A DNA stretch of 64,000 nt from the NCBI GenBank assembly GCA_963770535.1, contig CAVYPZ010000002.1, positions 11,641-75,640 on the forward strand, written 5' to 3'. The notes under the pieces were generated by a model. That model made no database searches. It was not told the origin of the DNA and was given only the letters and a program-made list of their open reading frames with translations. This document shows positions 35,090-44,236 of the stretch, in pieces. The position numbers were made by a program, and so were the translations under genes. Position 1 is the stretch's first letter; every line of letters begins with the position of its first letter. Origin of the DNA: an uncultured Actinomycetes bacterium. GTDB lineage: Bacteria; Actinomycetota; Actinomycetes; Streptosporangiales; Streptosporangiaceae.

Positions 35090-36838
35090 TTAGCGCCGGA
35101 CCCAGACGTAGTAGATGACGCTGTGATCCCCGTTGGGGATGGCCGCCGCGAGCTGGTAGTCAGGATCAGACCGCAGGGTGCGGGCGAGAACATCGTCCAG
35201 GGCCGGGGTGACCTGGCCGTTGTAGGCGACGACCCGGAAGTACCCGGCCTTGATCGCGGCCACGTAGCCCGCGTCGCCGGTCAGGTACTGCCCCTTGTCG
35301 GTGTAGCCGATGAAGTACGTGGACGTGAACTGGTCCGGCTGCGCGTCCCGGTGGCCGCGCAGGTAGTAGATGGGGACCTCGTCCACCTCGACCAGGTAGT
35401 GCGCGCCGGGGGCGAGGTGGCGTGACATGACCCTGACGAAGCCCGCGGAGTCCGGCCAGGCGTTGAAGAGGTTGTTCGCCTGCGTCATCCCGATGACCAG
35501 CGCCACTCCCCAGATCGCGATGCCGACCTGGGCGCGGCGGAAATGGTCGCCGATGATGCGGGCCAGCCCGATCCCCGCGCAGGGGGCGGCGAAGAACAGC
35601 CCGAACCCGATGTGCTTCTGCAGCGACGTGAGCGTGTGGATGTGGATCTGGTCCGCGGGGGCCAGCAGCGCGGTCGCGGTCAGGACGACGCCCAGCAGGA
35701 TCCGCCAGGCCCGCCCGCCGCCCGCCGCGATCTGCTCGCCCGGCTCGGTCTGCGGCCGGAGGGCGTAGCCCACCGCGCCGATCAGCGCCAGCGCGAACGG
35801 CAGGCCGCCCCACAGGACGCTGTCACGCAGCAGGACCAGGGCCGGGGTCGTGCCCTGGAACCGGGCCGTGGTGGTGAACCTGATCCCGGTCAGGTAGTCG
35901 GCCCCGGCCAGGCGCAGGGCCAGGGCCAGCATCCCGGCGACGACCGCGCCCAGCGCCACCGGGGGGATCAGGGCCTTGCGTCCCCTCTGCGGCCACGCGG
36001 CCAGCGCGGCCAGGACCACGATGGTCGGCACGAACAGCGCAGAGGCGTACTTGGTGGCCACCGCGAGCGCGATCGGCGGCGCCGCCAGCAGGTAGACCGG
36101 CCAGCGGAACGTGACGGTCCGGACGACGATCCAGGTGGCCAGCGCGAGCAGGAACAGGGCAGGGGCGTCGTAGGTGGCCAGGTGCCCGAGGAAGAGCGCT
36201 GACTCGGTCACCGAGAAGACCGCGGCCGCGCACAAGCCGACCCGCTCGTTGAACAGCCGCCTGGTCAGCGAGTACAGCAGGGCGGTCGTGCCCAGCATCG
36301 CGATCAGGCTGACCGTCCGGGCGGCGGCCAGCCCGCCGGCGTCATCAGCCAGCGCGCCGAGGACCGGGTACAGGACGGGGGCGCCGGAGAAGTATGAGGC
36401 GTAGTTGCCCTGCAGCGGCGCGCCGTGCAGCAGGTGGCCGAGTTCCATGTGGCCGCTGTACAGGTACAGGGCCTCGTCCTCGAACGCCGTGTTGCTCATC
36501 CGCAGGGTCAGCGCCGCCTGCACGCACAAGATGGCCAGGAGGACGGCCCGGCTGATCCATGTCCGCCGGCGGCTCGAGGTGACGCTCGGCCTGGGGCCCG
36601 GCCCGTGCTTCCCGCCAGGCGGCCGCAGCACCCGGGTGCTCTCGCCCGGGACGTCCGGGGACGCGGGAGGTTCCGCAGTGCCCGCCGGGTCGCCGGACTG
36701 CCCGGTGAACTTGGCCAGCATCACGGTGTCAACCACGTCCGGCCAGACCGGGGGGCGCGCGTTCGCCGGGGTAGCCCGGTCCTGGCGGACCGGGCCCGGG
36801 CGCCCGGGAGGCGCCGGGTTATGCGGCCGCCTGCTCAT
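35090..36838 (-). CDS. GT-C fold glycosyltransferase (GT39/ArnT-like, lipid-carrier dependent)
   Basis: About 11 TM helices. First-loop acidic motif ..FEDEALYLYSGH... Large C-terminal extracytoplasmic domain. ATGA overlap with the upstream GH26 gene. Confidence 0.7.
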   Translation of the reverse strand: MSRRPHNPAPPGRPGPVRQDRATPANARPPVWPDVVDTVMLAKFTGQSGDPAGTAEPPASPDVPGESTRVLRPPGGKHGPGPRPSVTSSRRRTWISRAVLLAILCVQAALTLRMSNTAFEDEALYLYSGHMELGHLLHGAPLQGNYASYFSGAPVLYPVLGALADDAGGLAAARTVSLIAMLGTTALLYSLTRRLFNERVGLCAAAVFSVTESALFLGHLATYDAPALFLLALATWIVVRTVTFRWPVYLLAAPPIALAVATKYASALFVPTIVVLAALAAWPQRGRKALIPPVALGAVVAGMLALALRLAGADYLTGIRFTTTARFQGTTPALVLLRDSVLWGGLPFALALIGAVGYALRPQTEPGEQIAAGGGRAWRILLGVVLTATALLAPADQIHIHTLTSLQKHIGFGLFFAAPCAGIGLARIIGDHFRRAQVGIAIWGVALVIGMTQANNLFNAWPDSAGFVRVMSRHLAPGAHYLVEVDEVPIYYLRGHRDAQPDQFTSTYFIGYTDKGQYLTGDAGYVAAIKAGYFRVVAYNGQVTPALDDVLARTLRSDPDYQLAAAIPNGDHSVIYYVWVRR

Positions 36839-37833
36839 TTCCGCAGGCTGGCAAGGCTCAGCCCGGCGATGTCACCCGCGATGGCCGCGCGCACGACAGG
36901 GCGTGATTCGATGCGCCAGTCGACGCCCTGCTTGTTGTAGTCGAACCAGACGAACCCGAGCACGCCAGGATGCTGGGTCACCCCGTCAACCAGCTGCTTC
37001 GCGCACGCCGCCGCGGCCGGGCCGGTCTCGATGGCCGTCTCGGCGATGATGAACGGCTTGCCGGTGAACCGCCTGATCTCAGCCATCGTGGGCTGATACA
37101 GCGTGGCGAAGGTGTGCGGGCCGGTCGTCGCGAAATACCCGGTGAGCCCTACCCAGCTGACGTAGGCCCGGCCCGGCCAGTAGGCCCGGAGCTGGACCTG
37201 GGGCACCGGGTTGATGATGTTGGGGTTCCACACCCAGATCACGTTGGCCGCCCCGGCCCGGGCGAACAGGTCATGGATGTGCCGCCAGGCCGCCACGAAC
37301 TGGGCCGGGGTGGCCTGGCTGGTTCCCCACGGATACCAGTTGCCATTCATCTCGTGGCCGAAGCTGATCGCGACCGGGAGGTTCAGCGCGCGGACCGCCG
37401 TGGCGAAGCGGGTGATGTAGCGGTCGCTGTGGCCCGCGGCGATGGACTGGACACTGACCCCGAACGGTTCCCAGGCCATGTAGTACAGCGCCCCGTAGGA
37501 CCAGGCGTTGGTCACGGCCGGGGAGTCCAGTGGCCTGCCCCAGGCCACGTACTGGCCGATCAGGTTGGGCTTGCGGCCGATGTTGGCCGCGAAGTTCTCG
37601 ACCGGGGCCAGCGAGTCAGGTGCGCCATCGGTCTCGATCCCGAAGTACTTCCCGGTGGCCGGGTGAAGCAGCCCGGAGACGCTGTAGGGCGCGGCGCTGC
37701 CCGGCCGGGTGCCCGGCGGGGAGCCTGCCGTGGCGTTCTGGCCGCTGGTGGTCGCGGTGGTGGGCGGGGACAGCAGCCCGCACCCGCTGAGGCACAGCAG
37801 CAGCCCCAGCAGGGCGGCCCGGATGATCTTCAC
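36835..37833 (-). CDS. GH26-family glycanase lipoprotein (beta-mannanase-like)
   Basis: GTG start with lipobox LLLCLSGCG. GH26 signature FGHEMNGNWYPWG. ..IIAETA.. is the candidate nucleophile region. GTGA overlap with the upstream GT2 gene. Confidence 0.7.
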   Translation of the reverse strand: MKIIRAALLGLLLCLSGCGLLSPPTTATTSGQNATAGSPPGTRPGSAAPYSVSGLLHPATGKYFGIETDGAPDSLAPVENFAANIGRKPNLIGQYVAWGRPLDSPAVTNAWSYGALYYMAWEPFGVSVQSIAAGHSDRYITRFATAVRALNLPVAISFGHEMNGNWYPWGTSQATPAQFVAAWRHIHDLFARAGAANVIWVWNPNIINPVPQVQLRAYWPGRAYVSWVGLTGYFATTGPHTFATLYQPTMAEIRRFTGKPFIIAETAIETGPAAAACAKQLVDGVTQHPGVLGFVWFDYNKQGVDWRIESRPVVRAAIAGDIAGLSLASLRK

Positions 37834-39464
37834 GGCGCGGAACCCGCTCTCGGCTGGATGAGGATCCGGCCGACCACCACGAGCTGGAAGAGGCCGAGGA
37901 CGAACAGGAGGAAGAAGTTGTAGGGATCCATGGTCATCATGCGCCACAGGGCCAGCCCGGCCCACAGTGCCGCGGTTCCGCCGCTCCACAGGATCAGGCC
38001 GGCCCAGAAGCGCCGCCGGCCGTCCTGCTGGGTTGCGCCGCTGCCGGATGGCTGCCAGCCGCGCAGCCGTCCGCGGATGATGTCCGCGAGGGCGAAGACG
38101 TGCGCCCAGCCGGAGATGACCCGTACGGACCAGGCTTCGAGCCGGTACGGGGCGCGGTGCCACATCGGGTAGATCACGCCCGCGTAGAACAGCACCGGGG
38201 CAATGAAGATCAGGTTGCGCAGCAGCAGGGTGCCCGGCACGAACAGGAGCATGCCGATGGCCAGCGCGGGCGCAATGAACGTGAACACCGCGGTGTACAC
38301 GTAGCCGATGAACCCGGTCAGGTAGCACAGCCGGGTATAGAGCGGCATCCTGGTCGCCCAGAAGATCCGGTCTTTCAGCAGGCTCATGGTGCCCGAGCAC
38401 CAGCGGTACTGCTGGTTCAGGAACGCCAGGATGTTGTCCGGGCAGTTGCCGGTGGACAGCGCGACCGGCAGGTAGTACAGCCGCCAGCCCAGCCGGTGCA
38501 GGTCGAAGCCGGTCCACAGATCTTCTGAATGCTCCGCGAGCGACATGCCGCCGTTGGGCTCCAGGGCCGCGCGCCGGTAGAGCGCGCAGCTTCCCACGCA
38601 GATCGCCCCGCCCTTCTTGGCCCGGGCCGTCTGGATGGACCGGTAAAAGAGCTCCTGAATGGCGCCGGCGCCGCGCTCGACCCAGGTCTGCTGATCCAGC
38701 ACATGGAAGAACTGGGGGGTCTGGACGATCCCGACGTTCGGGTACATGTCCAGGTAGGGCACGGTCTCCTGGAGCGTGTCCGGGCGGGGGGCGAAGTCCG
38801 CATCCAGCAGCAGGATGTACTCACCCTCGGAGATCTGGAAACCGAAGCGGAGGTTGCCCGCCTTCTTGAACCAGCCCCGGTCCGGGCGGGTGGCGTAGGC
38901 GAACCCGAACTGGCGGGCCATGGCCTTCAGTACCGGGCTGGCCGAGTCGTCGAGCACATAGGGCGTGACCTGGCCCGGGTAATGGTTGCGCAGCCTGGCC
39001 ACGTGCGACCAGGCGTTGCGGAGAACCTCGATCGGCTCGCCGCAGACCGGCAGGAACACGTCCACCGACGGGTAGCGCCGGGGTGCCCAGGCGGCCACGA
39101 TGCGCTTGTGCTCGTCCAGGTCGAAGCTGCGGCTCATCCCGTCCACGGTCAGTGACAGCAGGAAGCAGAACGCCCCGAACAGCGCGAACGGCGCGTAGAC
39201 GGCGAACCAGGGGGAGTTCTCCACCATCCTGACCTGGCTGTACACCAGCGGGGGAAAGCTGAGTGCCATGCAGAGGGTGAGCACCCAGATGTGCCGGCGG
39301 ACGTAGGAGTACTTCTCGCTGTCCAGCGGCGGGGACGGCAGCACCGGGGGCACCGAATCGCGGGAAGGCGGGGGGACAAGCGTCCGGCGCCTGCGGTGCC
39401 GTGGTGCTGCCCGGGAACCCCCCCTGCGTTCGATGACGCCAGCCATCGCGACCCTTTTCTCCAT
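37830..39464 (-). CDS. processive family-2 glycosyltransferase, cellulose-synthase-like
   Basis: VFLPVCGEP, YVLDDS, LLLDADF, QTPQFF, SEDLWTG, QQYRWCSG (QxxRW), with TM helices on both sides. The start could be 39464 or 39449. Confidence 0.85.
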   Translation of the reverse strand: MEKRVAMAGVIERRGGSRAAPRHRRRRTLVPPPSRDSVPPVLPSPPLDSEKYSYVRRHIWVLTLCMALSFPPLVYSQVRMVENSPWFAVYAPFALFGAFCFLLSLTVDGMSRSFDLDEHKRIVAAWAPRRYPSVDVFLPVCGEPIEVLRNAWSHVARLRNHYPGQVTPYVLDDSASPVLKAMARQFGFAYATRPDRGWFKKAGNLRFGFQISEGEYILLLDADFAPRPDTLQETVPYLDMYPNVGIVQTPQFFHVLDQQTWVERGAGAIQELFYRSIQTARAKKGGAICVGSCALYRRAALEPNGGMSLAEHSEDLWTGFDLHRLGWRLYYLPVALSTGNCPDNILAFLNQQYRWCSGTMSLLKDRIFWATRMPLYTRLCYLTGFIGYVYTAVFTFIAPALAIGMLLFVPGTLLLRNLIFIAPVLFYAGVIYPMWHRAPYRLEAWSVRVISGWAHVFALADIIRGRLRGWQPSGSGATQQDGRRRFWAGLILWSGGTAALWAGLALWRMMTMDPYNFFLLFVLGLFQLVVVGRILIQPRAGSAP

Positions 39465-39709
39465 CCGGAAGCCAGTGACGGGCCCGGACGCAAGGCACGA
39501 ACGAACCGGGCGGGGCTTCAGAGGATTGTAAGGTCCGGATGATCGCCAGTGCGGTGAGAACAACCGAATTGGCCGGGTCTCTCCGGACAGTTCACAGTCG
39601 CCCGGCTACTCTCCGCAGTTTCCTGGGGTGATTACCCTCGGTCACATTCAGGGCGCCAGGGGCCTGCGGCATATCCTGCTCAGTGGAGAGCGTCAACGGG
39701 CTGAGAGCT

Positions 39710-40135
39710 ATGGCGGAGGCGGTCATGGGACTGATGGACAAGGTCAGGGCGCAGGGCACGCAGATCGCCCAGATGGCCCAGGAGACGGCGCGGGAGGGCA
39801 AGGTCAAGCTGGATCAGGCCAACGCGAAGCGCCGGGCTGACGCGATGTTCCGCGATCTGGGCGCGACGGTGTACGCCGAGCGCACTGGGCGGGGTACCCC
39901 GGACAGCAAGGACAAGATCGACCGCCTGGTGGAGGCGCTGTCCCGGCAGGAGGCGTCCCAGGGCCTGGGCGACCCGGACGGCACGGGGACGGGCAGCACG
40001 GGAACGGGCAGCACGGGAACGGGCAGCACGGGAACGGGGAGCACGGGGACGGGCAGCACGGGAACGGGGAGCACGGGAACGGGCAGCACGGGAACTGGGA
40101 GCACGCCGCCGCAAGACCCGCCGCCGGCCAGCTAG
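39710..40135 (+). CDS. small coiled-coil protein with C-terminal (GTGST)n repeat
   Basis: MAEAVMGLMDKVRAQGTQIAQMAQETAREGKVKLDQANAKRRADAMFRDLGATVYAE.. followed by 8 GTGST units. The alternative GTG at 39683 is also possible. Confidence 0.6.
   Translation: MAEAVMGLMDKVRAQGTQIAQMAQETAREGKVKLDQANAKRRADAMFRDLGATVYAERTGRGTPDSKDKIDRLVEALSRQEASQGLGDPDGTGTGSTGTGSTGTGSTGTGSTGTGSTGTGSTGTGSTGTGSTPPQDPPPAS
39979..40105 (+). repeat. 15-bp tandem repeat, about 8 units (GGCAGCACGGGAACG-like), in-frame within the CDS
   Basis: Direct reading of near-identical 15-mers encoding GTGST. Confidence 0.9.
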
Positions 40136-40136
40136 G

Positions 40137-41786
40137 TCAGTGGCAGGCGTTCTGCGCGGCGGTTGCGGACGGGATGCCGGTGGAGGTCGCGCCCGGGGTC
40201 GGCGTGGTCGCTGTCCCCGAGGTCACGGAGTAGCCGTTGGCGCCCAGCAGCACCCGCACCCCGGCCAGTCCCGTCACCTGCCTCAGTGAGCCGCCCGGGA
40301 TGACCTTCTGGACCAGCTTTGCCCCGGCGAGATGGCCGGGCGGGTACTCGATCAGGGTCTGGCTCAGGTCGTGCGCCGGCCAGGTCAGGCCGTCCTTCAC
40401 CGGGAAGCCCAGCTGGGTCAGGTCGGCGCCCGTGCTGGCGGACAGCCCGCCGATCAGCGTCCCGTTCCACACCTGCACCGGCACCTGGCTGCGGTGCAGC
40501 TTCGGGCTGGCCGTCCTGGCGCGCGCGGGCTTCGGCTTCGTGGCCGGCTTGTCGTTCTTCAGCTCGCTGAACAGGACCTGCGCCTGGCTGGCGTCCCACA
40601 GCACCGCCAGCTGGCCGTCGGGGGCCTGGTAGTTGTAGTTCGACAGCGGCACGGTCATGAACCGGACGTCGCTGGCGGAGATGCCGCGCATCTGGTCCGC
40701 CAGCGCCGACACGTTGAGCCCCTGGTCAACCTTGATCGCCGATAGTGCGGCCCGCAGGAACCGGTCCAGCTTGACCGGGTTGGCCAGCGTCCCGGAGCTG
40801 ATCGCCTCGGTGAGCATGGAGGACAGCAGGCGCTGCTGATCCTGGATCCGGGCCAGGTCCGAGGTGGCGAACGAGTGACGGTCCCGGGCGTACTCCAGCG
40901 CCGTGATCCCGTTCACATGGTGCATCCCCTCGGACAGGTGCAGCCCGCTGTAGGAGTCATCCACCGCGAACGGCAGGCAGATGTTGACGCCGCCCAGGGC
41001 GTCGATGACCTTGACGAAGCCGAGGAAGTTGACCTGGATGAAGTCGTTGATGGTCAGCCCGGTGCTCTCTTCCACCGTCTTGACCACCAGCTGCGGGCCG
41101 CCCAGCCCGTAAGCTGCGTTGATCTTGTTCATGCCGTGCCCGGGGATGTTCACCCACGAGTCGCGGGGCAGGCTGACGACCGTGACCCGGCTCCGGTCGC
41201 CGGATACGTGGATCAGCATCATCGTGTCCGAGTTGGAGCTGACGGCCCGGCCCACGTGCAGGGCCAGCTGCTGGTGGCGGGTCAGCCCGGAGCGCTGGTC
41301 CACCCCGGCCAGCAGCACGTTCAGCGGGCCGCTCGCCGGGGTGCCGGCCGTGCCGGCGTTCACCCGGCCGATCGTGTCGTTGATGTAGCTGGTCAGGCCC
41401 CAGGCGGTCCCCGCGACGAAGAGCACCGCCGCGGAGAGGGCGCCGCACGCAACGAGCATGAACCGGCGCTGCCTGGCCCTGCGGCCCGCCGCGATGCGGG
41501 TCAGCAGGCGCTGCTGCGCGGCGGACGGCCCAGTCCGGCGCCCGCCGCGGGGCGGCTGGGCCGGCCGGCTCACCGGCTCATCCGGGCCGGCTGGCGTGCG
41601 GCCGGTGCTGGCGGCCGGTGCATCATCCGGCTCCGACCCGGGCGCGGCCGGTGCATCGCCCGGCCTGGCCCCGGGGGCGGCCGGTGCATCATCCGGCTCC
41701 GGGCCGGGCGCACGGCGGGAACCGGAACCGGCCATCCAGGCAGGTTCACGGTATCCACCCATCGCGCCGTCGCCGTTGTCGGTCAT
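40137..41786 (-). CDS. LCP (LytR-CpsA-Psr) family cell-envelope phosphotransferase with LytR_C domain
   Basis: ..LNVLLAGVDQRSG..SDTMMLIHV..VSLPRDSWVNIPGHGMNKINAAYGLGG..FIQVNFLGF..ALEYARDRH.. One TM helix. The Pro/Ala-rich N-terminus is encoded by about 33-nt repeats at 41611-41711. Confidence 0.85.
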   Translation of the reverse strand: MTDNGDGAMGGYREPAWMAGSGSRRAPGPEPDDAPAAPGARPGDAPAAPGSEPDDAPAASTGRTPAGPDEPVSRPAQPPRGGRRTGPSAAQQRLLTRIAAGRRARQRRFMLVACGALSAAVLFVAGTAWGLTSYINDTIGRVNAGTAGTPASGPLNVLLAGVDQRSGLTRHQQLALHVGRAVSSNSDTMMLIHVSGDRSRVTVVSLPRDSWVNIPGHGMNKINAAYGLGGPQLVVKTVEESTGLTINDFIQVNFLGFVKVIDALGGVNICLPFAVDDSYSGLHLSEGMHHVNGITALEYARDRHSFATSDLARIQDQQRLLSSMLTEAISSGTLANPVKLDRFLRAALSAIKVDQGLNVSALADQMRGISASDVRFMTVPLSNYNYQAPDGQLAVLWDASQAQVLFSELKNDKPATKPKPARARTASPKLHRSQVPVQVWNGTLIGGLSASTGADLTQLGFPVKDGLTWPAHDLSQTLIEYPPGHLAGAKLVQKVIPGGSLRQVTGLAGVRVLLGANGYSVTSGTATTPTPGATSTGIPSATAAQNACH

Positions 41787-41910
41787 CGGCCCCCCAGATG
41801 CCGGCTCTCAGTAGGCTAGCGCGGCCACCGGGGATTGGCCGGGAGGCGAGGCGTGTCCTGGGGGAATTGCCGGTGACGTCGCTTATCGGCGGTCCCATCC
41901 GCCGGGTGTC

Positions 41911-44149
41911 TTAGCCCGCGGGCGGCTCCGGGTCGCGCGGCAGGCCGAGCATCCGCTCGCCGATGATGTTCAGCTGGATGTTGGTGGTCCCCCCGCCGAT
42001 GGTCAGCGCCCTGGTCAGCAGGACCTGCCGGGCCCAGTGCGGAGCCGGCGGCGTGCTTGTCCCCATACGCGCCCGCGGGCCCCTGCATGGACCAGCACAG
42101 CTCCGCCACCTGCTGGGCGTGCCGCATGCCGAGCAGCTTGCGGACACTGCCGGTGGCCCCCGGCTCGGTCCCGGACAGCTGCTTCAGCGTGACCCGCCCG
42201 CCGAGGACGTCGATCGCGTGCCCCTCGGCCACCAGCCGGCCGGCCGGCTCGAGCCAGCCCGGCCGGGCCTGCTCGTCCAGGCCGCGCAGCACGTCCAGCA
42301 GTTCCGGCGTGCCGCAGCCGAACGTCCAGGTCCGTGACAGCGACACCCGCTCGTTGGCCAGCGTGGTCCTGGCCACCCGCCAGCCGTCGCCGACCTCGCC
42401 CACCACCAGGTCGTCCGGGACCAGCACGCCGTCCAGGAAGACCTCGTTGAACAGGGCGTCGCCGGTCATCTCGCGCAGCGGGCGCACCGTCACCCCCGGT
42501 GATTTCATGTCCACCAGGAAGTAGGTGATGCCCGCGTGCCTGCGGGTGGACGGGTCGGTGCGGGCCACGCAGATGGCCCAGTCGGCCTCCCGGGCCAGCG
42601 AGGTCCAGATCTTCTGGCCGGTCAGCCGCCATCCTCCGCCGTCCGCGGTGTTTCCCGTCACCCGCTCCGCCCGGGTGGTCAGCCCGGCCAGGTCCGAGCC
42701 CGCGCCCGGCTCGCTGAATAGCTGGCACCAGGTGATCTCGCCGCGCAGTGTGGGGGGCAGGAAACGCTCCTGCTGGGCCGGGGTGCCGTAGCTGGCCAGG
42801 GCCGGCACCACCCAGGCGCCGATCAGCAGGGCGGGGGCCCGCAGCCCGGCCTGCTTCATTTCCTCCGCGATGACCAGCTGCTCCAGCGGCCCGGCCGCCC
42901 GGCCCCAGGGCGCGGGCAGGTGCGGGACCACCCAGCCGCCGGCCGCCAGCCGCGGCGTGCGCTCCGGGGGTTCCAGGGCCGCGATGGACGCCAGCTCGGC
43001 GCGGATCTGCGCGCGCAGCGGCCCGGCGTCAGCGGGCAGATCGACCCGGACCGGCCGCCGCGCACCGCCGAGGGCCAGCTCCGCGACCCGCCGGGCCCAG
43101 TCCGTGGCCGGGCCGAGCAGCGCGCGCAGCGACAGGGCGCGCCGGTAGTACCAGTGGGCCGCATGCTCCCAGGTGTAGCCGATGCCGCCCAGGACCTGGA
43201 TGCACTCGTGGGTGCAGCTGACGGCCGCGTCGAGCGCCACGACCGCGGCCACCGCCGCGGCCAGGTCCCGTCCCGGGTCCGGCGGGCCGGTGTCCTCCGG
43301 CCCCCAGGCGGGTGCGTCCCAGGCGGCCGCGGCGTCCCAGGCGGCCGCGGCGGCCTGCTCGGCCGCGGTGAGCATCCGGGCGCACTGGTGCTTGACCCCC
43401 TGGAACTGGCCTATGGGCCGGCCGAACTGGTGCCGGATCCGGGCGTAGTCCGCCGCCGTCCGCACCGCCCAGCCGGCCAGGCCGCACGCCTCCGCGGCGA
43501 ACAGCGCGGCCGTGACGCCGGTGACCTCGGTCCGGGCGAGACCGGGCAGGACGCGCCCGGCGGGCACGCTCACCCGGTCGGCGCGGACCGCGGCCAGCGG
43601 GCGGGTCCGGTCCAGGCTGTCCAGCGCGGTGATGGTCAGGTCCGCGGCGTCCACCACGGCCCACCGTTCCCCGGTTCCGGTCAGGACCGGCAGCACCACC
43701 AGGTCGGCCAGCCCGCCGCCCAGCACCGGGACCGACTCACCGTCGAGCAGGAGGCCGCCGCCGGCCGCCGTGCCGGTCAGGCCGGCGGCCAGCGTGACGG
43801 CCCCGGACAGCGACCCGTCGGCCAGCCCGGGCAGCAGCTTGAGGGCGTCAGCTCCGGCCTGCCCCGGCCTGGCCAGCAGCGCGCTGGCCAGCACCGTGGG
43901 CAGGAACCCGCCCGGGACCAGGGCAGCCCCCAGCTCCTCGAGGGCGACCGCGAGCTCGCTGAGCCCGTAGCCCTGGCCGCCGGACTCCTCCGGCAGATGC
44001 AGGCCGAGCAGGGCGGGGCCCGGCCCCGGGGACTCCCCCCCGCCGGACTCCGCCGCCGCCCGGACCACGTCAGGGCCGCAGTGCCGCTCGGCCCAGCCGC
44101 GGACCGACGCAGCCAGCTCCAGATGCTCTTCGCTGACACCGAGCGCCAT
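41911..44149 (-). CDS. fused two-module acyl-CoA dehydrogenase-family protein, apparent 1-nt frameshift near the 3' end
   Basis: Two ACAD-like halves (..HLPEESGGQGYGLSELAVALEELG.. and ..WCQLFSEPGAGSDLAGLTTRAE..WRLTGQKIWTS..). The canonical C-terminus ..LTRALTIGGGTTNIQLNIIGERMLGLPRDP sits in a different frame (track ORF 41911-42147). The switch is near 42035-42045. Confidence 0.7.
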
Positions 44150-44236
44150 GGTTCACCTCGCTGTGGGAGCCGGGCCCGTGCGAATGCAGGGGGTAACGAC
44201 ACCAAAGCATGACCGGGACAGGTCAACAATGGGTAG

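Noticed and set aside
32410-35193. 927-aa minus-strand ORF. Many other long ORFs are of the same kind: 2081-3406(-), 24696-25811(+), 25581-26498(-), 27457-28389(+), 36970-37923(+), 40875-41819(+), 42920-44212(+), 44153-45235(-), 45320-46384(-), 49100-50059(+), 50335-51360(+), 52097-53383(-), 54127-55374(-), 56640-57917(-), 59205-60989(+).
   Set aside because: They lie antisense to or out of frame with genes that have clear family motifs. Their translations are Arg/Gly/Pro/Ala-rich with no motifs. This is the usual stop-codon-poor shadow-ORF effect in high-GC DNA. Only the last 159 codons of 32410-35193 look like a real membrane protein.
39979-40105. CRISPR-like or other non-coding tandem array.
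   Set aside because: The 15-bp units are contiguous, with no spacers, and lie in frame within a CDS encoding GTGST repeats. The other tandem repeats (41611-41711, 44279-44408, 48660-48745) are likewise in-frame Pro/Gly/Ala linkers.
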